Shown in pieces: positions 20,001 through 29,718 of a stretch of 64,000 bases of DNA. The DNA comes from a virus. Its lineage: Duplodnaviria; Caudoviricetes. Location of the stretch: IMG/VR virus record IMGVR_UViG_3300029305_003084; one strand, 5' to 3'. The notes beneath the pieces were generated by a model. The model was not told where the DNA came from and did not search any database. It worked only from the letters and a program-made list of their open reading frames with translations. The position numbers and the translations under genes were made by a program. Position 1 is the first letter of the stretch. Every line of letters begins with the position of its first letter.

Positions 20001-20753
20001 TTAACAATCAACTCCATTAATCATAACAATATTATCTGGAGTATACCCATATTCAATATTATCGAGCACATTATCAATTTGATAATCTACTGCATAATTT
20101 ATACCCTTATCATTAATACCATTAGGTTTCTTGTATCGAATAATTATGTTTTTACGCATCCCATCATTTTTTATCATAAATAATTCATTATGTAATGCAT
20201 CATATAAAATAAAATAATCAATATCTTTACTAGGATAGTTTTTCTTACTATAATACATCTTATTACCATCAACAACATAATTCATTCCAGTCAATGAAAA
20301 TGAAATATTATTTCCATAATCGTCAACAGTATATGTTGATGTTTTTACTTGAATAGTATTCCATCGTCCACCAAAATATGCTAATAAATCAACACCGCAT
20401 AAATCAATAAGTATTTCAGCAACAGGAATATCACGTTGCATAAATTTTAATACAGCCATACTTTCACCTATAGTACCTTTACTAACACGATGATTAAAAC
20501 CTTTTGATAACGTTTTTTCATATCTAGGAATATCTCGTTTAGCTAATACTTTAGCCTGACAATATTTTCTATATCCATTAACTGCTTTTTCTCTATTATC
20601 AGGATTAGTTAATACTCTAATTTGTCTGTTTCTACCATCTTCTGTTATAAACTTTTGTGAAAATTTTTTAGCACATTTAGATGAACAAAATCTGCCACTA
20701 CCATAAGAACCATCATGTTCTGCATTACAATACTCACAAATATACATAAACAA
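20001..20753 (-). CDS. PD-(D/E)XK endonuclease with N-terminal Zn finger, paralog 2
   Basis: CEYC...GSYGSGRFCSSKCA; KGTIGE...VDLL...IQVKT. Confidence 0.75.
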   Translation of the reverse strand: MFMYICEYCNAEHDGSYGSGRFCSSKCAKKFSQKFITEDGRNRQIRVLTNPDNREKAVNGYRKYCQAKVLAKRDIPRYEKTLSKGFNHRVSKGTIGESMAVLKFMQRDIPVAEILIDLCGVDLLAYFGGRWNTIQVKTSTYTVDDYGNNISFSLTGMNYVVDGNKMYYSKKNYPSKDIDYFILYDALHNELFMIKNDGMRKNIIIRYKKPNGINDKGINYAVDYQIDNVLDNIEYGYTPDNIVMINGVDC

Positions 20754-20874
20754 TCCTCCTTATTATGAGTATATATTAATATAATATATAATTGAAATTT
20801 TTAATAAAACTATTGAATCAAAAAATAATAATAAATTATTATATCATATACATAATATTAATCAAAAAATATAT

Positions 20875-20949
20875 GCACCTGTAGCTTAATGGTAGAGCAG
20901 TATCCTTTTAAGATATTTTGTGGGGATTCGACTTCCTCCAGGTGCACCA
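20875..20949 (+). tRNA. tRNA-Lys(TTT)
   Basis: GCACCTG/CAGGTGC acceptor stem; loop CTTTTAA; ACCA end. Confidence 0.9.
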
Positions 20950-20955
20950 TAATAT

Positions 20956-21032
20956 GGGCCTTTAGATCAGTTGGTTAGATCCTTCAGCTCATAACTGAAA
21001 CGTCCACGGTTCGAGTCCGTGAAGGCCCACCA
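20956..21032 (+). tRNA. tRNA with CAT anticodon (Ile2-like, or elongator Met)
   Basis: GGGCCTT/AAGGCCC acceptor fully paired, so not an initiator; loop CTCATAA. Confidence 0.9.
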
Positions 21033-21203
21033 TTTACCTATTTTTACTGAAGCCAAGCTCCTAAATAACGGTTTCATATTTATTCTCCTTTTAATCTGTT
21101 TTATGTCATATACCTAATCCGACCATTAGGTATATGACACCCTTTTATTTTTTCTATACTATTAACAACTATATAATTGATTAGATTGTATTAATAGAAA
21201 GGG

Positions 21204-21944
21204 ATGATTAATATGGCAATGAATCCTTCACAATTATTAACATCTATCAAAATGGATCTTGGTGTATATGGTCTTAGATTACCTTTTGATAATCCAGATG
21301 AATCTATGATGGAAGTTATTAAATTAAAAACACTAAAAACATTTAGTTCATTTTATCCACATATTATTCAAAAAACAATTAATTTAAATAATGATTTTGA
21401 AGCTTTAAAGGAAGAATATACAGAATCTATTTATGTTATGCCCGATATGTTTGGTGATAGAGAGATTATGTATGTTAGAAATATTTTATTAAAAAATAAA
21501 TTACTTGGTAACGGTTATTTAGCACCAGTATTTGATGGTAGTATTGATACATACAATATGTTAATGATGACTCAAGCAAATGCAAATTTAGCATCTGTTG
21601 CTGCACCTGCAATCACTTTTAAATTCGTTGCACCAAATAGATTACATCTGTATAATGTAGCAACTGCATATGGTGAAGTTGAAATTGAGTTTGGTGTAGA
21701 ACATGCTGATAATTTTTCAACGATTCCAATTACTGCTTGGGAAAGTTTTTATGAATTAGCATTACTAGACATAAAGAGATTCCTATATAATGCAATGAAA
21801 CATTATACAGAATTACAGACTGCACATGGTACAATTAATCTTAAGATTCAAGATTGGGAAAATGCTGAATCTGAACGTAAAGATTATATTGAAAAACTAC
21901 GTGATGTATATCACTTAGAAGTTGAACAACTATTTATCATTTGA
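21204..21944 (+). CDS. Putative virion (neck/head-completion-like) protein
   Basis: 246 aa, late promoter at 21164. Confidence 0.45.
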   Translation: MINMAMNPSQLLTSIKMDLGVYGLRLPFDNPDESMMEVIKLKTLKTFSSFYPHIIQKTINLNNDFEALKEEYTESIYVMPDMFGDREIMYVRNILLKNKLLGNGYLAPVFDGSIDTYNMLMMTQANANLASVAAPAITFKFVAPNRLHLYNVATAYGEVEIEFGVEHADNFSTIPITAWESFYELALLDIKRFLYNAMKHYTELQTAHGTINLKIQDWENAESERKDYIEKLRDVYHLEVEQLFII

Positions 21945-21958
21945 TGGAGGGATATAAT

Positions 21959-22405
21959 ATGGCTGAAGTTGTATTAAAAAGAGTATTTACTGCACTGGTA
22001 CTATACCAACATAATATGAGATTAATTCATTGGAATTGCTGTGGTTCTCATTTTGATAATATTCATAAGATTAGTATGGAATATGCCAATAAGATGGAAG
22101 AACAAATTGATGAAGTTGCAGAGATTATGATGATGGTTACTAATACAAAACCTTTATCATTAAAAGAAGTATTTGATTTTGCTGAAAATGATACTGACTC
22201 TTATGAATTCTTTAATACTTCTCATGATAGTGGTAAAGAAGTTTTTGAAATCATGGGATACATGATGAACCATCTAATTTTACTATATAATAATGCATGT
22301 AAAAGTGATTTACCTGCTGATGTTGTAGGCAAATTACAAGAACATCAATATTATTATAGATTAGAATCTGATTATAAAAATAAAAGACGATTAATGAAAT
22401 CATAA
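21959..22405 (+). CDS. Ferritin/Dps-like protein
   Basis: HWNCCGSHFDNIH...QIDEVAE Dps-like signature. Confidence 0.75.
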   Translation: MAEVVLKRVFTALVLYQHNMRLIHWNCCGSHFDNIHKISMEYANKMEEQIDEVAEIMMMVTNTKPLSLKEVFDFAENDTDSYEFFNTSHDSGKEVFEIMGYMMNHLILLYNNACKSDLPADVVGKLQEHQYYYRLESDYKNKRRLMKS

Positions 22406-22612
22406 TTCAAAAATATGGAATAAGAGATAAATTATTATCTCTTATTCCATTTATTATTTATAAACTCCATCATTTAATATTTCAATAGCATCTTGATAGC
22501 ACTCATTAAAAGTATCTCCGGAACATATGAATTCATCATTTAAATATGCTTCATAATGTCCTCGAATAGATATAACTTCAAGATTATTAAATATCACGGA
22601 AAATCTCCTCCA

Positions 22613-23017
22613 TTAATCAATAATGGTCTTACCGTATTTTTCTGCTAATCTTTGTAATTTTTCTAAATCTAATCGTTCTTGCTCTTTTAGTTTTTCCTCC
22701 TGCATTCTATTATAATTTTCAATATCTTTTTCAACATCCGTGTTTATAATTGATCTAATTTCTTTAACGAGTTCTCTTGGAATTACAGGATCATCAATAA
22801 AATCCATCATGAGTTGATAATAAGAAATATTAAACGTAATCATATTAGACTGCTGTGTATCATTTATCCAAATTTTTAATCCACGTTTGTTATATCTATT
22901 AATTTTTAATATATTAATTGCTTCATTCAAATCTGTTGATATCCATAGTGGAATTGGCCAATGCTTTGATGTATCATACAACATATATAAATAATCACCA
23001 TCAAATTTTTTGTTCAT
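22613..23017 (-). CDS. Hypothetical protein, paralog of 28280 and 28804
   Basis: YLYMLYD...STDLNEAI...LAEKYG. Confidence 0.6.
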   Translation of the reverse strand: MNKKFDGDYLYMLYDTSKHWPIPLWISTDLNEAINILKINRYNKRGLKIWINDTQQSNMITFNISYYQLMMDFIDDPVIPRELVKEIRSIINTDVEKDIENYNRMQEEKLKEQERLDLEKLQRLAEKYGKTIID

Positions 23018-23042
23018 AATATATATCCTCCATAGTTTTATA

Positions 23043-25583
23043 TTAGAATTTAGTTAATTCATATAAAGACTGAATACTTTCATTAGACGAGGTTCTAATA
23101 TTATCACCAGAAATTGTTAATAAATGTGCTTTGGACATCATTGCTTCTTCAGCTTCTTTATTAGCCTCTTGAGTGAATAGGCCCTTAATTGACACTTGAT
23201 CTCCGTCATAGTCCAGAAATCCTTCACATAAGGTCGTTAATCTTATGCCGTTCTCTCATGAACTGCTATATATTTCTATATAGATGAGACTATATCTTCA
23301 TCCTAATATTCATATTAGGAGTCTCCCATTTCCATCCACTTGGATGTACGTCATAATGACTAGTCGTTGAACTTTTGTGTGTATTTTTTAATAATCATAA
23401 AGACATGTAATATGATGATGGTTTATTCTACGTCTTAATTTACTTACAAGTTTTATATATCTTTTCTTATTTTTATAAAATTCTTTTTCTAAATTAAGTT
23501 TTTTCATTATATCTTCAGTATGTATAATACCATTCTCTAAGCATTTACATATATTATGTATAAATTCTTCATCATATATGCTACCAGGATTTTTAGAACC
23601 TTTAAAATTTGCTCTAAGTCCTTCAGCTGCAGCATGTTCAATTTGTTCCTTATATGTTGCCCAATCTAAATTTTCAACATAATCATCATCATGAGTACCA
23701 TTTAAATGATTTACTGTTGGTTTTTTGTTTGGATTTGATATAAATCCTTTTGCCACGAGTCTACATACTCTAAATCTTTTAGGGCTACTAGGTCGGTTCT
23801 TATCGATTCTCATTAATGATACTGCGTCATATCCATCTTTGTCCTTATGATGTTTAAGTAATTTTCCAGTATTTATATTTCTGACATTTCCATAATTACT
23901 TATTTCATATATCGGTTTTATTTCAGGATCATCAATAAGTTTCCACTCTTCTTCTAATGATCGTATAATAATATACATGATTTAAATCACCTCACTTCAA
24001 ATTAATTATACACACAATTTAGCTGCGGATTGTCTCTATTTATAACCTTTTTACTATACCTTTGGAGTTACCCATTGCCACTTATATATTACTATATAAG
24101 TTTAGTAGTTATAACCTAACGAGAGTTTCCCGCAATTAGAGAGATTTTATAATACATATTTCTATGCACAGTGGCAACTATATATACCACCAAGGCCTTT
24201 TAAATATACATTACTCATAGTAACTGTATCTAAGAAACTAATTGCAACTTTTTCTTTCGATGTATCTAAATCAATTTTTGGATAATATTTATATACAGTA
24301 TTATTAATTTTAACAGGCATGGTTTCAATTGTACTCATAACATGAATTTTACAAGGAAATGTACCGAAATAGTCTACGATAGGATATCTTGTAATATATA
24401 CCATTTTATCAGTACATACTTCATATGCCGCTTGGTATAAAATATCACACCAAGTAATAGGTCTATTTATAATAGTGCTTAAACTATCCGGATTATCTTT
24501 ACTATAGTGTCTAGCTACGAAATTAATATTAATATATTCTAATTTATCATCATCGACAGGAACTTCTATTGGTGCAAATCTATCAATAGCAGCTTTAATG
24601 AATCGATCAATTTGTTTTTTAATCATCTCATCATCAAAATATGTCTCAGGTTCTTTTAATTTTACATATCGAACCGTTCCATCCTTTTGAGCAAGCGGAT
24701 ACTGTTCACCAATTTGTTCAAATTCTCGTCTAAAGAAATTTCTTACCCATGCTGTAATGAATGGGGTAAATAATGAACAGCAATAAGATAAAGGTACACC
24801 AACATGATATAAATCTACAGGCATATCTTTATAAGATTCTGCATGGAATGTTGGTGCAGAGATAACTACACGTCCACCATAATCGATAGATTTACCTAAG
24901 ATATTTTTTCGAATCATACCATGTTTCTTTTCAATTTTAGATTTTAATAGATCATATATTTCCACTAAAGACTCTTGTATTTTTGCTGTAGTAGTTCCTA
25001 ATGTATATGAAAATTCATTATTTGATTTAATAATAGAACTTAGGCGAATTAATCTTGCATATTTATCATTAATTTCATGATGAGAAATTTTACCTTTACC
25101 CATTGATTGTAAATTAACATCTCGATAGAATGCAGGAATAACTAACCAATATCTTGTAAATAATTCTTTTTTTGTATAAGCATTTAATACATCAACACGT
25201 TCATTACGCATTAAACTATCATTTTTTGTAAAATTAAGCTTCTCCCAATTCTTATATAGAAATGCTAGTCCGGTTTCACCGTTTTCATCTTCAACTAGTA
25301 CTCCATTCTCAATTTTAAAATTTTTGGTTGAATGCACAAGACTTTCAAAATTACGATTTAAACGTTTCAATAGCTTATATATAAATGGGTGTAAAAATTC
25401 ACTACCCAAATCAATATATGCATAAGTAGTTTTTCTATCTTTCATAGAAATGCCAAATATATCTGTACTTAATAGTCCATTAGGAGAAGGAATTGTACCT
25501 TTTAAAAATAATACTGGGTCAGTAACTTCTTTTAAATTATTTACTTCAATCATTTTTTCAAAATTAAATAAGTCTATTTTCAT
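23043..25583 (-). CDS. Multisubunit RNA polymerase beta' N-terminal subunit, spliced (exon 1 25583-24186, exon 2 23213-23043)
   Basis: GLLSTDIFG, LGKSIDYGGRVVI, ITRYP motifs; the splice restores YLKGLGG|DYDGDQ, the DxDGD catalytic motif. Confidence 0.9.
23214..24185 (-). ncRNA. Group I intron in the RNAP beta' gene
   Basis: 5' exon ends in T, intron ends in G; core elements AATTGCGGGAA, AATCCGCAGC, TTCAACGACTA, AAGATATAGTC on the minus strand. Confidence 0.9.
23388..23978 (-). CDS. Intron-encoded NUMOD4/HNH homing endonuclease
   Basis: EEWK...YEISNYGNVRN...VNHLNG...NLDW. Confidence 0.85.
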   Translation of the reverse strand: MYIIIRSLEEEWKLIDDPEIKPIYEISNYGNVRNINTGKLLKHHKDKDGYDAVSLMRIDKNRPSSPKRFRVCRLVAKGFISNPNKKPTVNHLNGTHDDDYVENLDWATYKEQIEHAAAEGLRANFKGSKNPGSIYDEEFIHNICKCLENGIIHTEDIMKKLNLEKEFYKNKKRYIKLVSKLRRRINHHHITCLYDY

Positions 25584-25944
25584 ATATTTCCTCCTCCTCA
25601 ACCCCACCAACTACACTAATTAAGACTTTTATAAAATCTTTTATTTCTATGACACTAATTTCAAAATACTTACTATAGAAATAATTATTTAAGTTTTTAT
25701 TAATTTTTTTGATAATGGTGTTATTATAATTAATATCTTTCGGTATAATTATAACGTCTAAAACATCATATAAAAATGAATCACAATAAATATTTTTAAT
25801 GTTATTCATATTTACACCATTTAATAAAGAATGTAAATATTTTACTTTTTCATAATGATTTTCTAGTACACCATCAAATAAATTACAATCAGCTAACTCT
25901 TGTGAAGTTAGCTGATTGAATATTGTAATTAAATCAGATTTCAA
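25564..25944 (-). CDS. Hypothetical protein
   Basis: TTG start with GGGG RBS; overlaps the RNAP gene start. Confidence 0.5.
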   Translation of the reverse strand: MKSDLITIFNQLTSQELADCNLFDGVLENHYEKVKYLHSLLNGVNMNNIKNIYCDSFLYDVLDVIIIPKDINYNNTIIKKINKNLNNYFYSKYFEISVIEIKDFIKVLISVVGGVEEEEIYENRLI

Positions 25945-26014
25945 TAAAATCGCCCCCTAGAATAATAATAAATAATTATTTAAGGACCAATTCTATATAG
26001 ATGGAAGAATAAAT

Positions 26015-26245
26015 TTATAGATGTTCTTCTAATTCAGATTGAATATCAAAATTACCATTTTTATATTCAGCTTCCATTCTTTTTATTCTAACTTCTCTTA
26101 ATTCTAAAGCTTCTTTATAAGAAAGTTCATGTAAGAAAGTTTGTAATGGAATTTGATTTTTGAATAAATTTAAGAAATCGTCTACGAAATTATAATATTC
26201 TTTTATTCGATCTCGGTATTCAGTGCCTGTTGATACCTGAAAAAA
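26015..26245 (-). CDS. -1 frameshift extension (gpGT-like) of the upstream chaperone-like gene
   Basis: Start-less open frame entered at T TTT TTC (26245-26239): FQVSTGTEYRDRIKEYYNFVDDF...LEEHL*. Confidence 0.6.
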   Translation of the reverse strand, partial: FFQVSTGTEYRDRIKEYYNFVDDFLNLFKNQIPLQTFLHELSYKEALELREVRIKRMEAEYKNGNFDIQSELEEHL

Positions 26246-27744
26246 AGTACATCTTCCACGTTAACAGGTAATGTAGGAGTATAATGCTTACAATGAGGAC
26301 AACGAATATTCATTAAGCCATATTCGACACTCATATCCTTCATCATATCTTCACCGAGCTTACGAATGACCATAATGTCTTTTTCATTCATAGTATATAG
26401 TGTTTTAGCAATATCTAATGATTCATCTACTTCGAAGTAAGAACCAGGATCATCCACATCAGGAATATATAAAGAATTTACTAGAGTAGAAATGACTGCA
26501 GTATCATTATACTTACTATCCTTATTCTCATTTAGACCCTTAATTGATTTATTAAGTAGGTCATATGCAGACTGTACGTAAATTTCTGCAATAATACCAC
26601 TCATAGGTAACTTAACACGCTTAACCTGCTTAATAGGAGATTCATCGTGAACTTTCTTAGCTGCCTCTTCAGAAATACTGTTATCTACAATCTGTACAAA
26701 AGCATCCTTCAAATCATCGGACATTTCTTCTGCACGAATTAGAGAACGGACAGAATATTTATGTTCGAATCTCTTATCACATTTCTCACATGTAATAGTC
26801 ATAGAGCTATCGTCAGGATAAGTAGAACATAGAATACCGTAAATTAAGGTTTCATAATCAGCAGATGCTGTATTTAACATAAATTCATTAAAATTCATCT
26901 TACCAATACTGGCAGATTCTAGCTTTTCATGAATGACAGACCAACGATTCTGTGCACTTAACATAGCATTGTCATTATTACCAATTAGAGAAATTAATTC
27001 ATAAGCAGAGCAACCTCTCATTTCTGCAACATAACCAGAAATAGGTAATACAACACTGGTTGTCGTATGATTATTAATTTTCTTAATAATCTTATTAAAA
27101 TCTGCCTTTTTCTTAATCTTTTTGGTTTTGATTGTCTCTAGAGAAACAGTTTCAATTTCTTCTAGTTTAATCTTACTAACCTTTTCTAATTTCTCATGTT
27201 CTTCTTCAGTGAAGTTTACAATATGACCAAAGTTTGTTTTATCAATAATAACAACAGCTTGTTCATACTTTTCATTAAATTCATCTGCAGTCATTTCAGA
27301 AGATTCTTCTTCAGATTCATCTTCTTCCTGCTTCTGAATTTCTACATTTTCTTTCAACATCTCAATATCTTCATCCATTTCCTTTAGATATGCATCGAGA
27401 TGTTCTTGAGTACTAGGAGTCACTCCGGTATAGTTAGGTTTAATTTCTTCAACTTCTTCAGTGAATTCATTCTTATTGATAACTAAACCGGGACCATCAT
27501 AATTATCTACTAAACTTTCCTGAGTAACAATAGGTGCTGTTTCATCAGGAACCAGTTCAGGTTTATGTTCATATTTGATTGTATTAGGAGTATGTCTATT
27601 GGGATTCATCCAATCAGAACCAACTACTTTAGTTTCTTCCATGTCTTCTTCAGGTGCAGTATGTCGCACTTTATTCATAGCATCAGCCTGACGCTTTAAA
27701 GATTCTAAATCAATACCTTTATCTAATTCGAAATCGTTGTTCAT
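26203..27744 (-). CDS. Baseplate-hub assembly / tail-assembly chaperone-like protein
   Basis: LPISG motif, two CxxC pairs, terminal VLFF; adjacent to a gp25-like gene. Confidence 0.6.
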   Translation of the reverse strand: MNNDFELDKGIDLESLKRQADAMNKVRHTAPEEDMEETKVVGSDWMNPNRHTPNTIKYEHKPELVPDETAPIVTQESLVDNYDGPGLVINKNEFTEEVEEIKPNYTGVTPSTQEHLDAYLKEMDEDIEMLKENVEIQKQEEDESEEESSEMTADEFNEKYEQAVVIIDKTNFGHIVNFTEEEHEKLEKVSKIKLEEIETVSLETIKTKKIKKKADFNKIIKKINNHTTTSVVLPISGYVAEMRGCSAYELISLIGNNDNAMLSAQNRWSVIHEKLESASIGKMNFNEFMLNTASADYETLIYGILCSTYPDDSSMTITCEKCDKRFEHKYSVRSLIRAEEMSDDLKDAFVQIVDNSISEEAAKKVHDESPIKQVKRVKLPMSGIIAEIYVQSAYDLLNKSIKGLNENKDSKYNDTAVISTLVNSLYIPDVDDPGSYFEVDESLDIAKTLYTMNEKDIMVIRKLGEDMMKDMSVEYGLMNIRCPHCKHYTPTLPVNVEDVLFFRYQQALNTEIE

Positions 27745-27762
27745 TTATAAATTCCTCCAAAA

Positions 27763-28200
27763 TTAAGATTGTTGTGATTCTAGTATACTACTAGCAATCG
27801 TATAATTAAATGTAACTTCTTTACCAGTTTTTTTATATCTAAATCCAATTAATATTTCTTTATCTTGTTCAACTGCTACAGTTAATGGGATTGAAATAAA
27901 TAAAATGGATTCATGACCAACTGGTAATACTACAACTTCTACACCATTTAAATCAATATATCCATGTAAATTATTACATTGATAAATTAATTGTGATTTT
28001 AAATGATCTGGATCAATATCCTCTTCAAATTTATATAAATATTTTTTAATATCAATACCAATATGAGGTAGAGAAGGAAGCTGACCAGGTTTCAATAATA
28101 AAATATTTAAAACCATTTGGGCTATGGTTTCTGCTGTAGATAATGTTTTTGGTTTACCAAAGTTATCTAAACCAAATAATGGTTCTGGTTTAATTGCCAA
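27763..28200 (-). CDS. gp25/GPW-like baseplate wedge protein
   Basis: ILLLKPGQLPSLPHIGIDIKKYLY matches the gp25 pattern. Confidence 0.65.
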   Translation of the reverse strand: MAIKPEPLFGLDNFGKPKTLSTAETIAQMVLNILLLKPGQLPSLPHIGIDIKKYLYKFEEDIDPDHLKSQLIYQCNNLHGYIDLNGVEVVVLPVGHESILFISIPLTVAVEQDKEILIGFRYKKTGKEVTFNYTIASSILESQQS

Positions 28201-28279
28201 TCATTTCACTCCTCTCTTTATTATATATTAAATGAATGTGGTATGTATAAAAAAATAAAAAAAAAGAAATGGGGATGTA

Positions 28280-28786
28280 TTATCCCCATGTCTTTTCTTC
28301 TTCTTTGACTAAATCATATCCAAGTTCTTTAGCCAGCTTATTCAACTGATTTATTTTATTTTCACGTACACGAGCATCTCTATACTCATTTTCAATTCTT
28401 TCTAATTCATCAAAATCTGTATTATCAATATATTCTCCAATATAAGTAATTATAGTATTTCTAGTAATATTATCAATACAATTATATTTTTTAGTAAGTG
28501 ATAGTCTTTCCATTAATTCATATAATACATCACGTTTTGATACATATGAATAATATTCATATGTATAATTAAATGGTTTATTATTGACTGTCTTTAACTG
28601 TTGATCACCACTACTAATAATTGATACTATCACTTCTGTAAATATAGGCATATTGACCAAAATTTCTAGAAACTCTATGATATTACTTGTAACACATATC
28701 GGCTCAAAACAAGCTACATCGTCATCTACATATAGTTCATATATTAAATATACATATTCATTTTTTAAGTTTTCATTAGATTCCAT
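28280..28786 (-). CDS. Hypothetical protein (LAKELGYDLVK family)
   Basis: Paralog of 28804..29268. Confidence 0.65.
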   Translation of the reverse strand: MESNENLKNEYVYLIYELYVDDDVACFEPICVTSNIIEFLEILVNMPIFTEVIVSIISSGDQQLKTVNNKPFNYTYEYYSYVSKRDVLYELMERLSLTKKYNCIDNITRNTIITYIGEYIDNTDFDELERIENEYRDARVRENKINQLNKLAKELGYDLVKEEEKTWG

Positions 28787-28803
28787 AAATATAATCCTTT
28801 CAA

Positions 28804-29268
28804 TTATTCTTCTTTTTTAACTAAATCATAACCAAATTCTTCAGCAATTTGATGCATTAATTTTAATCGGTGTTTATTTCTTTCAAGTTCCACCCTTGTT
28901 ATATATTCATTATCCTTTTTTACAAAATCAGTTTTATTAATATAATCATTAATATAATTAATAATAGTATTTCTTACATCAATATGAATAGATTTACATC
29001 CAAATACTACATCAGCAAAAGATTGTAGAGACAAGCGTTGATTCATATGACTATAATGAGAATATCTCATAGTTAAACGTTGATCATTATTAATATTAAT
29101 TCTGCCATTATCTATAATTTGTAACGTTAGGTCACTACATCTAGGAGCATTTACTAATGCAACTAAAAAATCATTAACATTAGTTGATGCATATACTACA
29201 TCAGTTTCATATTCGCCGAAAGCAGTTTCACTTTCTTCAAGCATTAAATAAATATATTGATTTTCCAT
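28804..29268 (-). CDS. Hypothetical protein (IAEEFGYDLVK family)
   Basis: Paralog of 28280..28786. Confidence 0.65.
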   Translation of the reverse strand: MENQYIYLMLEESETAFGEYETDVVYASTNVNDFLVALVNAPRCSDLTLQIIDNGRININNDQRLTMRYSHYSHMNQRLSLQSFADVVFGCKSIHIDVRNTIINYINDYINKTDFVKKDNEYITRVELERNKHRLKLMHQIAEEFGYDLVKKEE

Positions 29269-29281
29269 AATTAATATCCTT

Positions 29282-29688
29282 TCATTTTAAAATTTCAGTA
29301 CAATACCCATCATAAGTTGTATAATGAATTTTCTTGATTCCGAGTTCTTTTATTAACTTCATACAACTTTTACAAGGTTTTGCTAATGCAACATTTCCGT
29401 TTCTAAACTCTCTATAAATATATAATTCAACATTATCCCAGTTAACATCTTTATTAATAACATGGGATAATGCTGAAATTTCTGCATGTAGAGTATGTGG
29501 AGTTGCATCAGATGTAAATCGTTCAATATTATATGTTTTTTGAATAGGATGTGTTTTTGTTGAATTAAATCCAGAACTTATGATTTTTCCTTTTTCTACA
29601 ACTACACATCCAATATGATAACGGTGATACTTCATATCACTTAGAGGTAAGACTCTTTTCTTGCTAAATCAAAGAATCTTTTTTTCAT
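29282..29688 (-). CDS. Zn-dependent cytidine/dCMP deaminase-fold protein; apparent frameshift near 29645
   Basis: HAE...PCKSC; the RBS-preceded ATG at 29688 (MKKRFFDLARKESY) is out of frame with 29635-29282. Confidence 0.75.
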
Positions 29689-29718
29689 ACTATCACCTTC
29701 TTTATATTTAAATAAAAA

